A stretch of 63,454 bases of DNA, filler included, from Octopus bimaculoides (GCF_001194135.2; 8 parts of 7 records of this genome joined end to end with filler, not necessarily neighbours in it); one strand, 5' to 3'; shown: positions 23,938-38,005, counted from the first letter of the whole stretch. The notes: a model not told the origin generated them from the letters alone. Numbers and translations are program-made.

Positions 23938-24524
23938 GTTTCACTGACCCTCACCTTGTTATTGCAGTAGTAATCCTCATATCTTATAGATTTACTGTGT
24001 TAAAAATAAAATATCGGAGGGAGATGTAAATTTATCCTACCATCGATCAACGCGAGTGCCAGATGTATTTCAACCTTTTGAGCCTTCTCAATGGTGCATA
24101 AACGCTGCCAGCCACATGCTCGGACAAGAATTCGTTTCCCTGACATAGAGAAAAGTGAATAGATCATTCATTGATGTTGCAAATACCTGCCCCGTTGAAT
24201 ATAAGACTAATATAATTAACTGGGGCAACATTTGATTAAAGTAACTCTCTACGTATCATACATAATTAACGTATATAAACTGTTGATAAGCCAAATACTG
24301 CGTTATTTGTCCTCAGATAACATCTCAGGATAGTGTTCAACTAAAATAGACTGACCGCTGCAGGGACAAATTTTAGGTTACTGTGTTAATTTAATACCAC
24401 AAATTGCAATCCCAGTGGGGACGTTTTTTACTTGCCCCCTTCCGGCAATATATTGAGATTTATTCAAACACATAAAGGTCCAACTTCTTACATTTACTGC
24501 ATCTGAGCACCTATTTCCCTACAT

Positions 24525-24906
24525 GTTGTTGGCACTCCGTCGCTTACGACGTCGAGGGTTCCAGTTGATTCGATCAACGGAACAGCATGCTGGTGAAATT
24601 AACGTGCAAGTGGCTGAGCACTCCACAGAAACGTGTACCCTTAACGTAGTTCTCGGGGATATTCAGCGTGACACAGTGTGACAAGGCTGACCCTTTGAAT
24701 TACAGGCACAGCAGAAACAGGAAGTAAGAGTGAGGGAAAGTTGTGGTGGAAGAGTACAGCAGGGTTCGCCACCATCCCCTGCCGGAGCCTCGTGGAGCTT
24801 TATGTGTTTTCGCTCAATAAACACTCACAACGCCCGGTCTGGGAATCGAAACCGCGATCCTATGACCGCGAGTTCACTGCCCTAACCACTGGGCCATTGC
24901 GCCTCC
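24525..24906 (-). mobile_element. Full-length tRNA-derived SINE (family 5) with a 10-bp TSD
   Basis: Minus-strand head ggaggcgcaatggcccagtggttagggcag...ggtttcgattccc; ttccctacat at 24515-24524 and 24907-24916; a related fragment at about 2170-2290. Confidence 0.85.
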
Positions 24907-25457
24907 TTCCCTACATACCCTATATATTTATTACACGAACCCTATTTATCTATACCACCGCCCCCACCACTCCATATATTCGTGGCCGTATGTCAAGGGA
25001 ATAATTTATTTTGAAACATGTGTTGTGTTTGGTTTGTATTTTAGAAATATACTTTCCCACTTATTTTTCCTAGGTGTTGCAGCCCAAATGCTGTGGCCAT
25101 GCTGTAGCACCGCAACACTTGAAGTATAATGCATAAAAATGCCAAAACTGGGGTCGATCCAGGGACCTTGAGATCTTCTGTCTCCCAACTGTGCTATTTC
25201 GGCACACGTTAAATTTTTTTTCTTTTTATCGTAAATCCACTATTTGTTTCAGCAGTTTGACTTCGGCCATATTGAGGCATTGCCTTCAAAAGTTAATTCA
25301 AAAAATCGAACCCCAGTACTGATTATTTTAAAATTTCGATACTCATATTATTTGTATTTTTTTTTATGAACCGCCAAGTTACGGGGACGTAAGGAAACCA
25401 ACATCGGTTGTCAAGCGTTAAATGAGAGAATAACACAAAAACACATACACCCTCCCA

Positions 25458-25525
<68 letters not shown>

Positions 25526-26009
25526 TGTGTATGTGTGTGCGTGCGTGCGTATACACGACGGGTTGTCACTGATGAGGCATTGGTCGGCCCTGGAGTTATA
25601 TTAGAAGACGCTTGCCAAAGTACCGCACAGTGGAGCTGAACCCGAAACTTGATTTCAAAAGTGAATTTGTTGACCACGCAGCTATGCCAGCGCCTGGGGT
25701 TACTAAGTTTGCTACCATAAAGCATATTTTACATTCATATTTTATATTCAAATTTTAAACCACTTTATATTCGTCTGACACCAACATTTGCGATTTGGTT
25801 TCTTTAATTTCATGCTTGGCGAAGCGAACCAGATGTTGCTGTTAAGTCTTGAAATTCTTTCATAGCAGTAAAACTTACAATAAGTTCACTTAAATGTAAT
25901 GTACTGACAAGAATGCGAACCATACACAATATAACTTCTAAATCTTTCGAAATCTCTCCAAGAACAACAATGAAATGTTCAAGACTTTTGCAGTTATGGG
26001 TATATTAGT

Positions 26010-26375
26010 TTACTACCCCCCACCTTGTGGAGCCCCCTTGAGGCAATACAAGGACCAACTCAAATCAACCCTGAAAAGGACTAACATCGACCCCGCACAC
26101 TGGGAAGATATCTCGGCAAACAGACCCCTCTGGAGACACACCATTAAAACGGTTTCTGCAGACTTCGAGAAAGCCCGAGTCGCAGGAGCTGAACTCAAGA
26201 GGCAGGAGGGAAAGCAGCGCCTTCTCCTTCCCAAACCAGCCCCTTCTATCCCTTATCCACAATGTCCCCGTATGTTTCTTGCAACCCTTGGATTGCAGAG
26301 CCATCTGCGGTTCAAACACCCAGGAAAATGAACTGGATTGCAAGCTCAGAAACACAAGACGCAGCCAACTACTAC
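26010..26375 (+). mobile_element. 3' end of an RTE-clade LINE
   Basis: PLRQYKDQLKSTLKRTNIDPAHWEDISANRPLWRHTIK...PYPQCPRMFLATLGLQSHLRFKH (RTE C-terminus with a degenerate C2H2 finger), then an (ACT)n tail. Confidence 0.8.
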
Positions 26376-28437
26376 TATATTAGTTTAATTTCTTGCCCAG
26401 TTAGGACACCACACATACAGACATATCACCACTCTACCGCTCTAATCATTCACCTTCTATTCTCTTCTGTTGCCTCTATCACTACTTATCATGTCTTTTT
26501 CCCTCCCCTATCATCTCTCTATTGCTGCCTTGTTACCCGTCTATAAGAACTTTATCACCTTCAGCGTTCTATCACCACTCTATCATCCCACTATCAGCTC
26601 TCTATCGTCCCTCAGTCACTATTCTATCATTAATCAGTCACTCCATTATAATTACGTACCAACACTCTATTACCCTTCGATCACTTCTTTATTACTCTTT
26701 CTATGAAACCTAGCGGTTCTGCCAGTTTGACAGTTTTTAATAATTCTTCCTATTTTTGGTCCAAGAGTAGCAATTTTGGAGGATGGGCAAGTCAATGATA
26801 CTTCCTAGTGCTCATCTGATAAATATTGCTTCATCGAGCTCGAAAGGATGAACAGCAAGTTCTACCTCGGCGGAATTTGAACTCAGAACGTAAAGAGGTG
26901 CAAAAATGCCGCTAAGCATTTAGACCGACGTGCTAACGATTCTACCAGCTCACCGACTGATAAACCATTTCCTAATAATCTTTTCTACAACAGGAAAGAA
27001 GGCCTGAAATTTTGAGGAAGGCAGTCAATTAATTACATTGACTGCAGCGTTCAACTTGTACATATTTCATCAACACCGAAAGGACGAAAAGCCTAAAAAA
27101 AACCTCAGCGGAATTTGAACTCGTCTTGTAAACAGCTGCACCGAAACAATAACCGTGTATTATTTTGTTCTACGCGCTAACATTTCTGCCATCACACCGA
27201 CTTCAGAATTATCGACTAATAATTCACTCGACTATTTAACAGGGCGAGCTGGCACAATCAATAGCAGGCCGTCTTTACGTTCTGAGTTCAAATTCCGTCA
27301 AGGTTGACCTTGCCTTTCATCCTTTAAGAGTCTATAAAATAATTACCAGTTGAGCACTGGGGGTCGATGTAATCGACTTGCTCCCTCCCTCAAAATTACT
27401 GGCCTTGTCTCAAAATTTCAAACCAATAATCCTTTCGATTATAGGAAATTTTCTTAGGAGTGGGGCTAGTCGTGCCCAAGTGCTCAATTGGTGCATATTT
27501 CTTAAACCAAGGAAAAATGAAGGGCAAAGTGAACCTCTGTGTAGTTTGAACTCAGAACTTTAAAACGGCCGAAATGCTGCTAAGCATTTTGTCCGGCCTG
27601 CGAACAATTCTGGCATGATATTTAATCCAGCACAATAGCGGTTCAACCAGTGAACCGCAGTTTTAGAAGAAAATCTTATAAATTTTACCAAAGGCGGAAT
27701 AGAATACATTCCAGCGACATATAAGATACATACGGTAGGTACACGGAAAATAATAGAGTTTTAGAATCAAATATATAAATACCTATGAGAAACTAAATGG
27801 TTTCAGTAATAATATATATACTGAAGTATATATTCTTTCACTTGGTTCCAATGCTATACATATGTTTAATGTATTGTGCCATTTTCTGCAGGAAATACAT
27901 CTATAACATTTTATAAGCGAACGATACATATTTGCGAAAGAGTGTGGAGGTATGTACGTATGTCTATGTGTATGGGTGTGTGTGTGTCTGTGTAACGATT
28001 ATGTCTTTCTCTGATGTGTGTGTACGTGGGGATTTATGCATGTGTGTGTGTGTACGTATATATATATATGTATATATGTATATATATNNNNNNNNNNNNN
28101 NNNNNNNNNNNNNNNNNNNNNNNNNNNNNNNNNNNNNNNNNNNNNNNNNNNNNNNNNNNNNNNNNNNNNNNNNNNNNNNNNNNNNNNNNNNNNNNNNNNN
28201 NNNNNNNNNNNNNNNNNNNNNNNNNNNNNNNNNNNNNNNNNNNNNNNNNNNNNNNNNNNNNNNNNNNNNNNNNNNNNNNNNNNNNNNNNNNNNNNNNNNN
28301 NNNNNNNNNNNNNNNNNNNNNNNTATATATATATATACATATTCATACATTTATATATATGTGTGTGTGTGAGTATGTATATAAATCATATTATAGTATG
28401 TATGTGTCTGTGTTTATATATACATTTATATGTATTA

Positions 28438-28475
<38 letters not shown>

Positions 28476-29898
28476 GCACACATCTATATGTGTGTATATA
28501 TGTATACATATGTGTATATGTGTGTGTAGTTGTGTATGTGTGTGGTTGTGTATGTGTGTGTATACATACTGAGAGATGTGATAGGATGTATATATTTCGT
28601 GTAATCTATAGTTTGAATACAATGTATACCCCTGGGCTAATCTCCAGCATTAATTTTACCTTCCAAGACAGTCACACTCACGCACGCGCACGCATCAGCA
28701 CATACAGAAACAAATGTATATATTTATAAATATATATAGTTATGAACGTATGCATATATATGTGTATACGTACATGTATGTGTGTGTCCGTGTTTGTGTG
28801 TGTATGTTTGTGTGTGTGTGTGTACGTGTTTTTGTGTGTGTGTTTCTCTGTGTGTATGTGTATGTGTGTGTACAGTTATAGACGATTGTCTCACAGACTA
28901 TATTACTGTCTTCACGCGAAATTTTAAATCTAATTTCAAAACAGTATCTCTTTGAACGAAGAACTTGACACAGAACGGCACTATATTAGCTGCGAGGCAG
29001 GATATACTTATAGATATATATATATATANNNNNNNNNNNNNNNNNNNNNNNNNNNNNNNNNNNNNNNNNNNNNNNNNNNNNNNNNNNNNNNNNNNNNNNN
29101 NNNNNNNNNNNNNNNNNNNNNNNNNNNNNNNNNNNNNNNNNNNNNNNNNNNNNNNNNNNNNNNNNNNNNNNNNNNNNNNNNNNNNNNNNNNNNNNNNNNN
29201 NNNNNNNNNNNNNNNNNNNNNNNNNNNNNNNNNNNNNNNNNNNNNNNNNNNNNNNNNNNNNNNNNNNNNNNNNNNNNNNNNNNNNNNNNNNNNNNNNNNN
29301 NNNNNNNNNNNNNNNNNNNNNNNNNNNNNNNNNNNNNNNNNNNNNNNNNNNNNNNNNNNNNNNNNNNNNNNNNNNNNNNNNNNNNNNNNNNNNNNNNNNN
29401 NNNNNNNNNNNNNNNNNNNNNNNNNNNNNNNNNNNNNNNNNNNNNNNNNNNNNNNNNNNNNNNNNNNNNNNNNNNNNNNNNNNNNNNNNNNNNNNNNNNN
29501 NNNNNNNNNNNNNNNNNNNNNNNNNNNNNNNNNNNNNNNNNNNNNNNNNNNNNNNNNNNNNNNNNNNNNNNNNNNNNNNNNNNNNNNNNNNNNNNNNNNN
29601 NNNNNNNNNNNNNNNNNNNNNNNNNNNNNNNNNNNNNNNNNNNNNNNNNNNNNNNNNNNNNNNNNNNNNNNNNNNNNNNNNNNNNNNNNNNNNNNNNNNN
29701 NNNNNNNNNNNNNNNNNNNNNNNNNNNNNNNNNNNNNNNNNNNNNNNNNNNNNNNNNNNNNNNNNNNNNNNNNNNNNNNNNNNNNNNNNNNNNNNNNNNN
29801 NNNNNNNNNNNNNNNNNNNNNNNNNNNNNNNNNNNNNNNNNNNNNNNNNNNNNNNNNNNNNNNNNNNNNNNNNNNNNNNNNNNNNNNNNNNNNNNNNN

Positions 29899-29946
<48 letters not shown>

Positions 29947-30296
29947 TAATAAGACGTTTATTTATATATAATTTCTGAAGTGAACGACACCAAACAAAGG
30001 GAGATTCTAATCCGATTTTAAGTTCGGTTTTTACGAAACACGTCGTGTCATAGCAGATCAAACTTCTATGCAAGACTTAGCTTGTATATTTACAGGAAAC
30101 AAGTTATTTAACCAGTTTATGTCTGTCTATCAACCTGTGTGTGCGTATGCGTGCGTGTTTGTGTGTGTGTGTGTGTGTATGTAATTGTACGTATACATGC
30201 TTATGTGTGGATATAGAAGCAGACTTCATGATTTAGAGTGTTAACCAGATGTGAGGTGCCGGGTGCAATAACCATACATACATACATACATATATA

Positions 30297-31200
30297 TAGG
30301 TGGAGGAGTGGCTGTGTGGTAAGTAGCTTGCTTACCAACCACATGGTTCCGGGTTCAGTCCCACTGAGTGGCACCTTGTGCAGGTGTCTTCTACTATAGC
30401 TTCGGGCCGACCAATGCCTTGTGAGTGGATTTGGTAGACGGAAACTGAAAGAAGCCTGTCGTATATATGTATATATATATATGTATGTGTGTATGTGTTT
30501 GTATGTCTGTGTTTGTCCCCCCAACATCGCTTGACAACCGATGCTGGTGTGTTTATGTCCCCGTAACTTAGCGGTTCGGCAAAAGAGACCGATAGAATAA
30601 GTACTAGGCTTCCAAAGAATAAGTCCTGGGGTCGATTTGCTCGACTAAAGGTGGTGCTCCAGCATGGCCACAGTCAAAAAGACTGAAACAAGTAAAAAAA
30701 AAAATAGAGTATAGGTGGAGGAGTGGCTGTGCGGTAAGTAGCTTGCTTACCAACCACATGGTGCTGGGTTCAATCCCACTTGGGCAAGTCTCTTCTACTG
30801 TAGCCTCGGGCCGACCAAAGCCTTGTGAATGGATTTGGTAGACGGAAACTGAAAGATGCCCCTCTTATGTAGGTATATATATATATGTATGTGTGTGTAT
30901 ATGTTTGTGTGTGTATATGTTTGTGTGTGTATATGTTTGTGTGTCTGTGTTTGTCCCCCCAGCATCGATTGACAACCGATGCTGGTGTGTTTACGTCCTT
31001 GTAACTTAGTGGTTCGGCAAAAGATACCGGTAGANNNNNNNNNNTTACGTCCTTGTAACTTAGTGGTTCGGCAAAAGATACCGGTAGAAGAAGTACTAGG
31101 CATACAAAGACTAAGTCCTGTGGTCGATTTGTTCGAATAAAGGCCTTGCTCCAGCATGGCCACAATCAAATGACTGAAACAAGTAAAAGAATAAAAGAAT
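30297..31200 (+). mobile_element. Two tandem family 1 (OK-like) SINE copies
   Basis: Both begin ataggtggaggagtggctgtg(t/c)ggtaagtagcttgc (about 30297 and 30711) and end gactgaaacaagtaaaa. Confidence 0.85.
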
Positions 31201-31234
31201 ACATAAAATATAAAATTTAGGTGCGATAAGTAAC

Positions 31235-32040
31235 TTGTCGTCATTTTACATTTTCACTTTCGCGTATGCGCATTGTTTGTTTTTGACTTTGTCGACTACA
31301 CAGTATGGTAGGGTCAGTTGGGTACCATCTGTTAGAAAAACAGCACTATGACGCAATGCACTCTGCCAGGTATTTGGATATGACATGTTGTACAGCTTGG
31401 CATTCTCGCCGGAAGCTCCAATACGAACATTTAACGAGTGATAAAAATCAAACATCCAGTCAACATCCTGGTGTTTGGAGTGATCACTAGTGATGGTGAC
31501 ATTATGCCTCCATTCTTCTTCCCACATAGCGTCAGATTCAACACGGAGGCCTACATCAAGTGCCCGGAGGAGGTGGTGCTGTCCTGGTTCAAGAGAGTGT
31601 CTGCTGGAAGATCCTATGCTTGACAACAGGACCCTGCACCATGCCACACAAGAATGAGAACCCAGTCTGACATTGGCTGTCAAACAATTTCTGCGACCAC
31701 ATGACCCCTAACATCTGGCCACCTAACTCTGCAGACTACAACCCCCTTCATTATGTGTGGAGCGCAGTTGAGCGAGAGACAAACAGAACTCTTTTGTAAC
31801 ACCAAACATGAACTGAAGGCAAGGATTATGGCAGAGTTCACCAACATAAACCAGGAGACCGTCCAGTTACGTTGCAGAAGATTCCGAAGTCGTCTGGAGC
31901 CTGTAGTTGAAGTCATCTGGCGATGTTATTGAATAAATATACTCTTCAGTATTTCAAGATATTTTTATACAATTTTAGTAAACATATCTGTTAAAATGAG
32001 ATGTCAGTGTTGTTTTCATTTTTGCGTCATTTATACGACA
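31235..32040 (+). mobile_element. Tc1/mariner (maT/DD37D-like) transposon remnant
   Basis: KHPVNILVFGVITSDGDIMPPFFFP...EAYIKC.EEVVLSWFKRVSAGRSYA*QQDPAPCHT.../NIWPPNSADYNPLHYVWSAVE, with stops and frameshifts. Confidence 0.8.
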
Positions 32041-32058
32041 GTTTAATAATCGTTGCCA

Positions 32059-32091
<33 letters not shown>

Positions 32092-32917
32092 ATATCGGAG
32101 TGTAAGTTCAAATCATTTCTGCGCTTAATGTTTTATGTATTGAGCATCGCTGGATCTCATTTATTGTCTCTCACTCTCTTTCTTTCTCTCTCTCTCGACT
32201 CTATCCCTCTCAAATCTCTCTATCATGTATATACACTTCCACATATATAATATATATACTTACATATATATATATATATATATATATATANNNNNNNNNN
32301 NNNNNNNNNNNNNNNNNNNNNNNNNNNNNNNNNNNNNNNNNNNNNNNNNNNNNNNNNNNNNNNNNNNNNNNNNNNNNNNNNNNNNNNNNNNNNNNNNNNN
32401 NNNNNNNNNNNNNNNNNNNNNNNNNNNNNNNNNNNNNNNNNNNNNNNNNNNNNNNNNNNNNNNNNNNNNNNNNNNNNNNNNNNNNNNNNNNNNNNNNNNN
32501 NNNNNNNNNNNNNNNNNNNNNNNNNNNNNNNNNNNNNNNNNNNNNNNNNNNNNNNNNNNNNNNNNNNNNNNNNNNNNNNNNNNNNNNNNNNNNNNNNNNN
32601 NNNNNNNNNNNNNNNNNNNNNNNNNNNNNNNNNNNNNNNNNNNNNNNNNNNNNNNNNNNNNNNNNNNNNNNNNNNNNNNNNNNNNNNNNNNNNNNNNNNN
32701 NNNNNNNNNNNNNNNNNNNNNNNNNNNNNNNNNNNNNNNNNNNNNNNNNNNNNNNNNNNNNNNNNNNNNNNNNNNNNNNNNNNNNNATATATATATATAT
32801 AAATGGAACATAGATGAATTGATAGATATACAGACAGATAGCATACATATAATGTATACATACGCACAAACATACAGGCATAACGTGTTCTCCATTTTGT
32901 TTCTTGTTTATCACCAG

Positions 32918-33022
32918 ATGCGAGACATCCGTCACGGAAATGTCAACGCTTTCATCGGAGCTTGTGTCGATCCGCCACACTTCATCATCGTTACAGAATA
33001 CTGCTCGAAAGGAAGTTTGCAG
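32918..33022 (+). CDS. Internal exon (phase 0/0, 35 aa) of a receptor guanylyl cyclase, kinase-homology domain (NPR/GC-A-like family)
   Basis: Pyrimidine tract + CAG acceptor; MRDIRHGNVNAFIGACVDPPHFIIVTEYCSKGSLQ; AG|GTAAGT donor; resembles the NPR1 segment [35 protein letters not shown]. Confidence 0.92.
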
Positions 33023-33459
33023 GTAAGTCGCCCTCTTATTAACTACCACTTAACCGGCCCAAACCAGTTTAGTCTGGTTCTGATCGATACTTAACGATTT
33101 ATAGCAATTTCTTTTTTACAGTTTCGTTTCTGTTTTTTTTTTTTATGTCATTCACCTTCCCGTGGATAAAATTGCGTAGGGTTTTCACGTTAAGCCTACG
33201 TTGTACATAAATCCTTAGCGCTTGGCAGAGTTAAATAATATGACCATAAGCTTGGCTGTGTAGTAAGAAGCTTGCTTCCAAATCACATGGGCCCCCTCTT
33301 CAGTCCCACAGGGTGGCATCTTGGCCAACTGTCTTCTATTGTAGCATCGGGCCGACCAAAACTTTCTGTGTGGATTTAGTAAACAGAAACGGAAAGAAGC
33401 ATATATATATATATATANNNNNNNNNNCACACACATACACACATTCACACGCAAACACA

Positions 33460-33497
<38 letters not shown>

Positions 33498-34050
33498 CAA
33501 GCACACATAAACGTACGCACGCGCCTACACGCAAACACATACACACTAACACGCATGCACACTCAGACACGCACACACTCACACAGAAAAACACACACTC
33601 ACTCAAACACACATAAATACACACGCAAACACACCCACACGCATACATGCGTACGCACGCACACACACACACACACGCACACACGCACGAACGCACGCAC
33701 GCACATACACATGCATCTAAACATAGCACTGAAATATACACAAAGAGTAAGTACTACGCGATGAATAACAAGAATTTTAATACTAAACTCTAAAAATACT
33801 CTTAAGATATTCTAAAAATATCTTACCACTTCCCTCTGTTGCAGAAAAGGCGGATAGACTACTATGCCAGAATATCTGGTTATATTTGCTAATAAATGAA
33901 TAAATTACCGATATGTCAGTAGTGTTTACAATTCAACCTAATAATTACGAAGGTGTATACCCAAGGGTATTTTAGCCGTCACTGTGTTCGTACATTAAAG
34001 AAATACATTAATTAGATTTACTAGATGCACGAGACTCCTCCTCCTCCTCC

Positions 34051-34150
34051 NNNNNNNNNNNNNNNNNNNNNNNNNNNNNNNNNNNNNNNNNNNNTTAATT
34101 AATTAANNNNNNNNNNNNNNNNNNNNNNNNNNNNNNNNNNNNNNNNNNNN
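34051..34150. other. Artificial scaffold-concatenation spacer separating the guanylyl cyclase exon from ELP5
   Basis: 44 N + TTAATTAATTAA + 44 N. Confidence 0.95.
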
Positions 34151-35573
34151 TAAATGATGAGGATATATGCTGGTGCCATGTAAAATGCACCTGTGTTGGT
34201 ACCATGTTAAGTGCACTATTCTGGTGCTGCATAAAAGCACCTAGTGCACTCTGTAAAATTGTTGGCCATAGAAACCATTCCAAAACAGACTTGGAGCCCA
34301 GGTAGCTCCTGTCAAACAGTCCAACCCATGCTAACATAGAAAACAGACATTAATGGTGATGATTTAAATGATAGGCTTCTTTCAGTTTCCACCCACTAAA
34401 TCCACTCACAAGGCTTTGGTCAGCTTAAGGCTATAGAAGAAATTTGCCCAAGGTGCCATGCAGTGGGACCAAACTCAAAACCTTGTGATTGAAAAGCAAA
34501 CTCCTTAAGACACAGCCATACATGTGTGATAACACTGTGTAACAAAATTTAAATTTTTGTTATTTTTGGTCAGTAAATGTAATTTCCTATTTGCTTTTAT
34601 CTAGAAATCAAAGGAAATGACTACTATTCCCTTCAAACTTTGCTTTTCTCAGCTGGACATCAATGTTTTGAAACTGACCCATTTTCCATTACATTTCAGA
34701 CAGATTCAGTGCCGAGTTGCTGAAGCAGAAATATCGTTATAGCAAGTATTCTGCTTAATATCAAAGAAGTTGCCAAGTAGTTTGCCAAATGCTGGCAGAA
34801 TCGTTAGCATGCCGGGCGAAATGCTTAGCGGTATTTTGTCTGCCTTTACGTTCTGAGTTCAAATTCCGCCGAGGTCGACTTTGCCTTTCAACCTTTCGGG
34901 GTCGATAAATTAAGTACCAGTTTCGCACTGGGTCGATGTAATCGACTTAACCCCTTTGTCTGTCTCCTCTATGTTTACCCCCTTGTGGGCAATAATGAAA
35001 TAAATGAGAAAGACCAAGAAAAAGGAATAAATCCTTTCAACTAAATAGGGATCAGTATTTGACAGGGAGGCAGTGGTTTTATGCCAAGTACTGAGAGACT
35101 AAAGTATTATTGAGGGACAAGCACAGATGTCTTACTATAAAAGTGATACAAATTATATAAAGGTGGGTGGGAATTATATAAAGGTAGAGCTAATGACGAC
35201 GAGATGACAGAGCATCTCAAGATGCAAGATGAGTGTAAGAGAGGATACAGACTGTGGATCAGGGATGGACGGGTAGTTTCATAAGAGTGTGTTTATTATT
35301 CATGGCTTATATTTTACATCTTCTGAAGAGAATGAAACAAGTAGCAGATAAAGCATTGGGGTTTGATACACTTGACTAAAACTCTCATGCCCAGTGCCCC
35401 AGCATGGCCACAGTCCAATAAATGAAATCATAAAAGAATAGAAAATGTCTAACTTAACCCTTCATCTCTTCGGAACTAATACAGTAAATACCAGTTGTAT
35501 ACTGGTATTCATTCTACTCAACTATATCCTTTCCCCTCACATTCTTTATTATTATTATTATTATTATTATTAG

Positions 35574-35654
35574 ATATGAGCAAGTTCATGTGCTGCTTCT
35601 TGATCCGAGTGCTGAATGTTTAAGGAACATCATCCCGGAAGAAAATATACCAAG
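35574..35654 (+). CDS. ELP5: Elongator complex protein 5, internal exon (phase 2/2)
   Basis: TAG|A TAT GAG...CCA AG|GTACGT; YEQVHVLLLDPSAECLRNIIPEENIP(R) aligns to human ELP5 EQVHILGCEVSEEEFREGFDSDINNR; phase matches the next exon. Confidence 0.75.
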
Positions 35655-37089
35655 GTACGTGTGTTACTTTACATTTGTCAGAAGTGATTTTCTGCAACTC
35701 ATCAAGAGGGTAGCCAGTCAAATTATTACAGTTGATGAAATGGGTTTTCTCCCTTGCCCTTACCATATTTCCATCGAAATATTCTGCTTTAGTGAAGGCG
35801 GAGGTATTGTTTTCAGTTGTGTTTGTTTGTCTGTTTGTCTGTAGACAAGATATCTCAAGAACTGCTGGATGGATTTGAATGAAACTTTCAGGGATGTTTG
35901 GCCTCATGACTGGCACAAACTGATTAGATTTTGGGATTGATCCAGTACCAGACAAGGATTCTGGATTATTTGTTATATTTACTTTACTTTGCCTGAAGTA
36001 TTACGATCTTACGTTCTTTCAGGTCTTTTTCTGATTATGTCCCTTCAAACCACGCTCATGGTTTCCACATAAGCTATGGTGGCATTGCTGTTTCCAAAGT
36101 TTTATTTTCGTTTCACTATTATTAATTTTCCTCGCGTCTCTAATCTTAGTAGAAACTGATAGATAAAGAAATCAAACTACATAAACAAACGGCAGTGAAA
36201 CTGTTTAGAAATTAAGTAACACTAACATATTCAGTAACAATAAATTTAATTTATCCTCGACAATTTTTAGTTTTACCAATTTTGAATATATCGCTTCTGT
36301 TTAAAACCTGTTACCTACTTGACAATTGCACTTCTAGCTCTGCCTTAAAGGAAGCTTTACTTCTTGGACTTACATTTTTGTGCGCAATGATGTTAAACTT
36401 CTGTTTACAGCACTGTATGCAGATCCTTTCTGTTTTCTTTCTTACACGGATAAATTTTTCACTATAGACCTTAATGGTCGTAAAGACATTATATCAGTGG
36501 ATAGACTAAAATAAGCCTTCATAGAGAAAACTGTCCCTGTTACCACTGCAGACAACACACACACACAGCATTACAAATATTGCCTGCACACCCACCTTCA
36601 CATTCCATGACTATCATTGGGATCGATCAGGCACCAGGCAAGGATTCTGGATTATTTTTCCAGTTTCTTTGCTTAATTTTTGAGAGTGGTTGGGTTCATT
36701 TTTAGTATTCTTGTTTGTGAGAGCAGTCGAGTTTATTTCAGATATTCTCATTTTAAAAATCATATCCGGCTAATTGTTGAGAGGACGTTGGTGTTGCTTT
36801 GGTGGAGGATTGCGCTCTCTGAGTGCTCGTTTCAATTAATTTTGAAATATATGGCAGCAGACAGACAAAATCGTTAGCACACCGAGCAAAATGATTAGTG
36901 GCACTCTCTCTGTTTTTACATTTTGAGTTCAAATTTTGCCAAGGTCAACTTTGCCTTTTGTCCTTTCAGGGTTGATAAAATAAGTACCAGTTTCAGGATT
37001 GATTTAACTGATTTAACACCTTCCCTGAAATTGCTGGACATATGCCAAAATTTGAAAGAGATGAAGAATTTAGAATAATAGACACGTAA

Positions 37090-37460
37090 AATACACTATT
37101 TCGAGCGTGGCTGTTGATCGTTACCAATGTCGCCTCCCTAGCACTTGTGCCAGTGGCACGTTAAAAGACATTTGAGCGAGATCGTTGCCAGTGCTGATGG
37201 ACTGGCTCCTGTGCAGGTGACACGTAAAATACACCATTTTGAGCGTGGCCGTCGCCAGTACCGTGTGATTGGCCCTCGTGCCGGTGGCACGTAAAAGCAC
37301 CCACTACACTCTCAGAGTGATTGGTGTTAGGAAGGGCATCCAGCTGTAGAAACTCTGCCAAATCAGATTGGAGTCTGGTGTCGCCTCCTGGTCCACCAGT
37401 CCTCAGTCAAATCGTCCAACCCATGCTTGCATGGAAAGCAGACGTTAAACGACAATGATG
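37090..37460 (+). mobile_element. Family 4 retroelement copy in an ELP5 intron
   Basis: ggtggcacgtaaaagcacccactacactc...gaagggcatccagctgtagaaactctgcc...ccaacccatgc; (GAT)n tail. Confidence 0.8.
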
Positions 37461-37721
37461 ATGAACTTTGCCATTATTAAGCTGCTGTTTAGGACATAAA
37501 TTAGCATTTATGATTTTGATAGATGATTTTGTTAAGATCCCTTTGAAACAATGGAGTTAGTATCGTAGAACCAGAGGTTGGAATTAGGTAAGTTGGTATC
37601 AGCAGGGTTAAACCCAGATCAGAATTATCTAATTGTCTGCTATTCTTGCTTACCATTTAATCAAAGCAGTTGTTCTGATAACGAGCTGCATGTACTGGCA
37701 TAGTGTACAATAGTCATCATC

Positions 37722-38005
37722 ATCATCGTTGTTTAAGGTCCGCTTTCCATGCTAGCATGGGTTGGACGATTTGACTGAGGACTGGCAAACCAGATGGCTA
37801 CACCAGGCTCCAATCTGATTTGGCAGAGTTTCTACAGCTGGATTCCCTTTCTAACACCAACCACTCCGAGAGTGCAGTGAGTGCTTTTATGTGCCACCGG
37901 CATGAGGGCCAGTCAGGCAGTACTGGCAACGGCCACGCTCAAAATGGTGTATTTTACGTGCCACCTGCACAGGAGCCAGTTCGGTGGCACTGGCAATGAT
38001 CAAAT
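37722..38005 (-). mobile_element. Family 4 retroelement copy, inverted relative to its neighbours
   Basis: Reverse complement of the 37090-37460 and 39150-39430 copies. Confidence 0.8.

Noticed and set aside
26400-26705. Pyrimidine-rich ctatcact-like quasi-periodic tract with short ORFs
   Set aside because: Degenerate low-complexity repeat without coding signal.
28898-30073. Long ORFs (300-400 aa) in the ORF track here and at 50824-52973 and 56363-57499
   Set aside because: They consist of X residues from N gaps plus (TA)n/(CA)n translations.
30991-31088. 44-bp exact direct repeat
   Set aside because: The two copies flank a 10-N gap: an unmerged contig overlap.
34699-34790. Possible upstream ELP5 exon after catttcag
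   Set aside because: Frames close quickly, there is no ELP5 similarity and no good donor.
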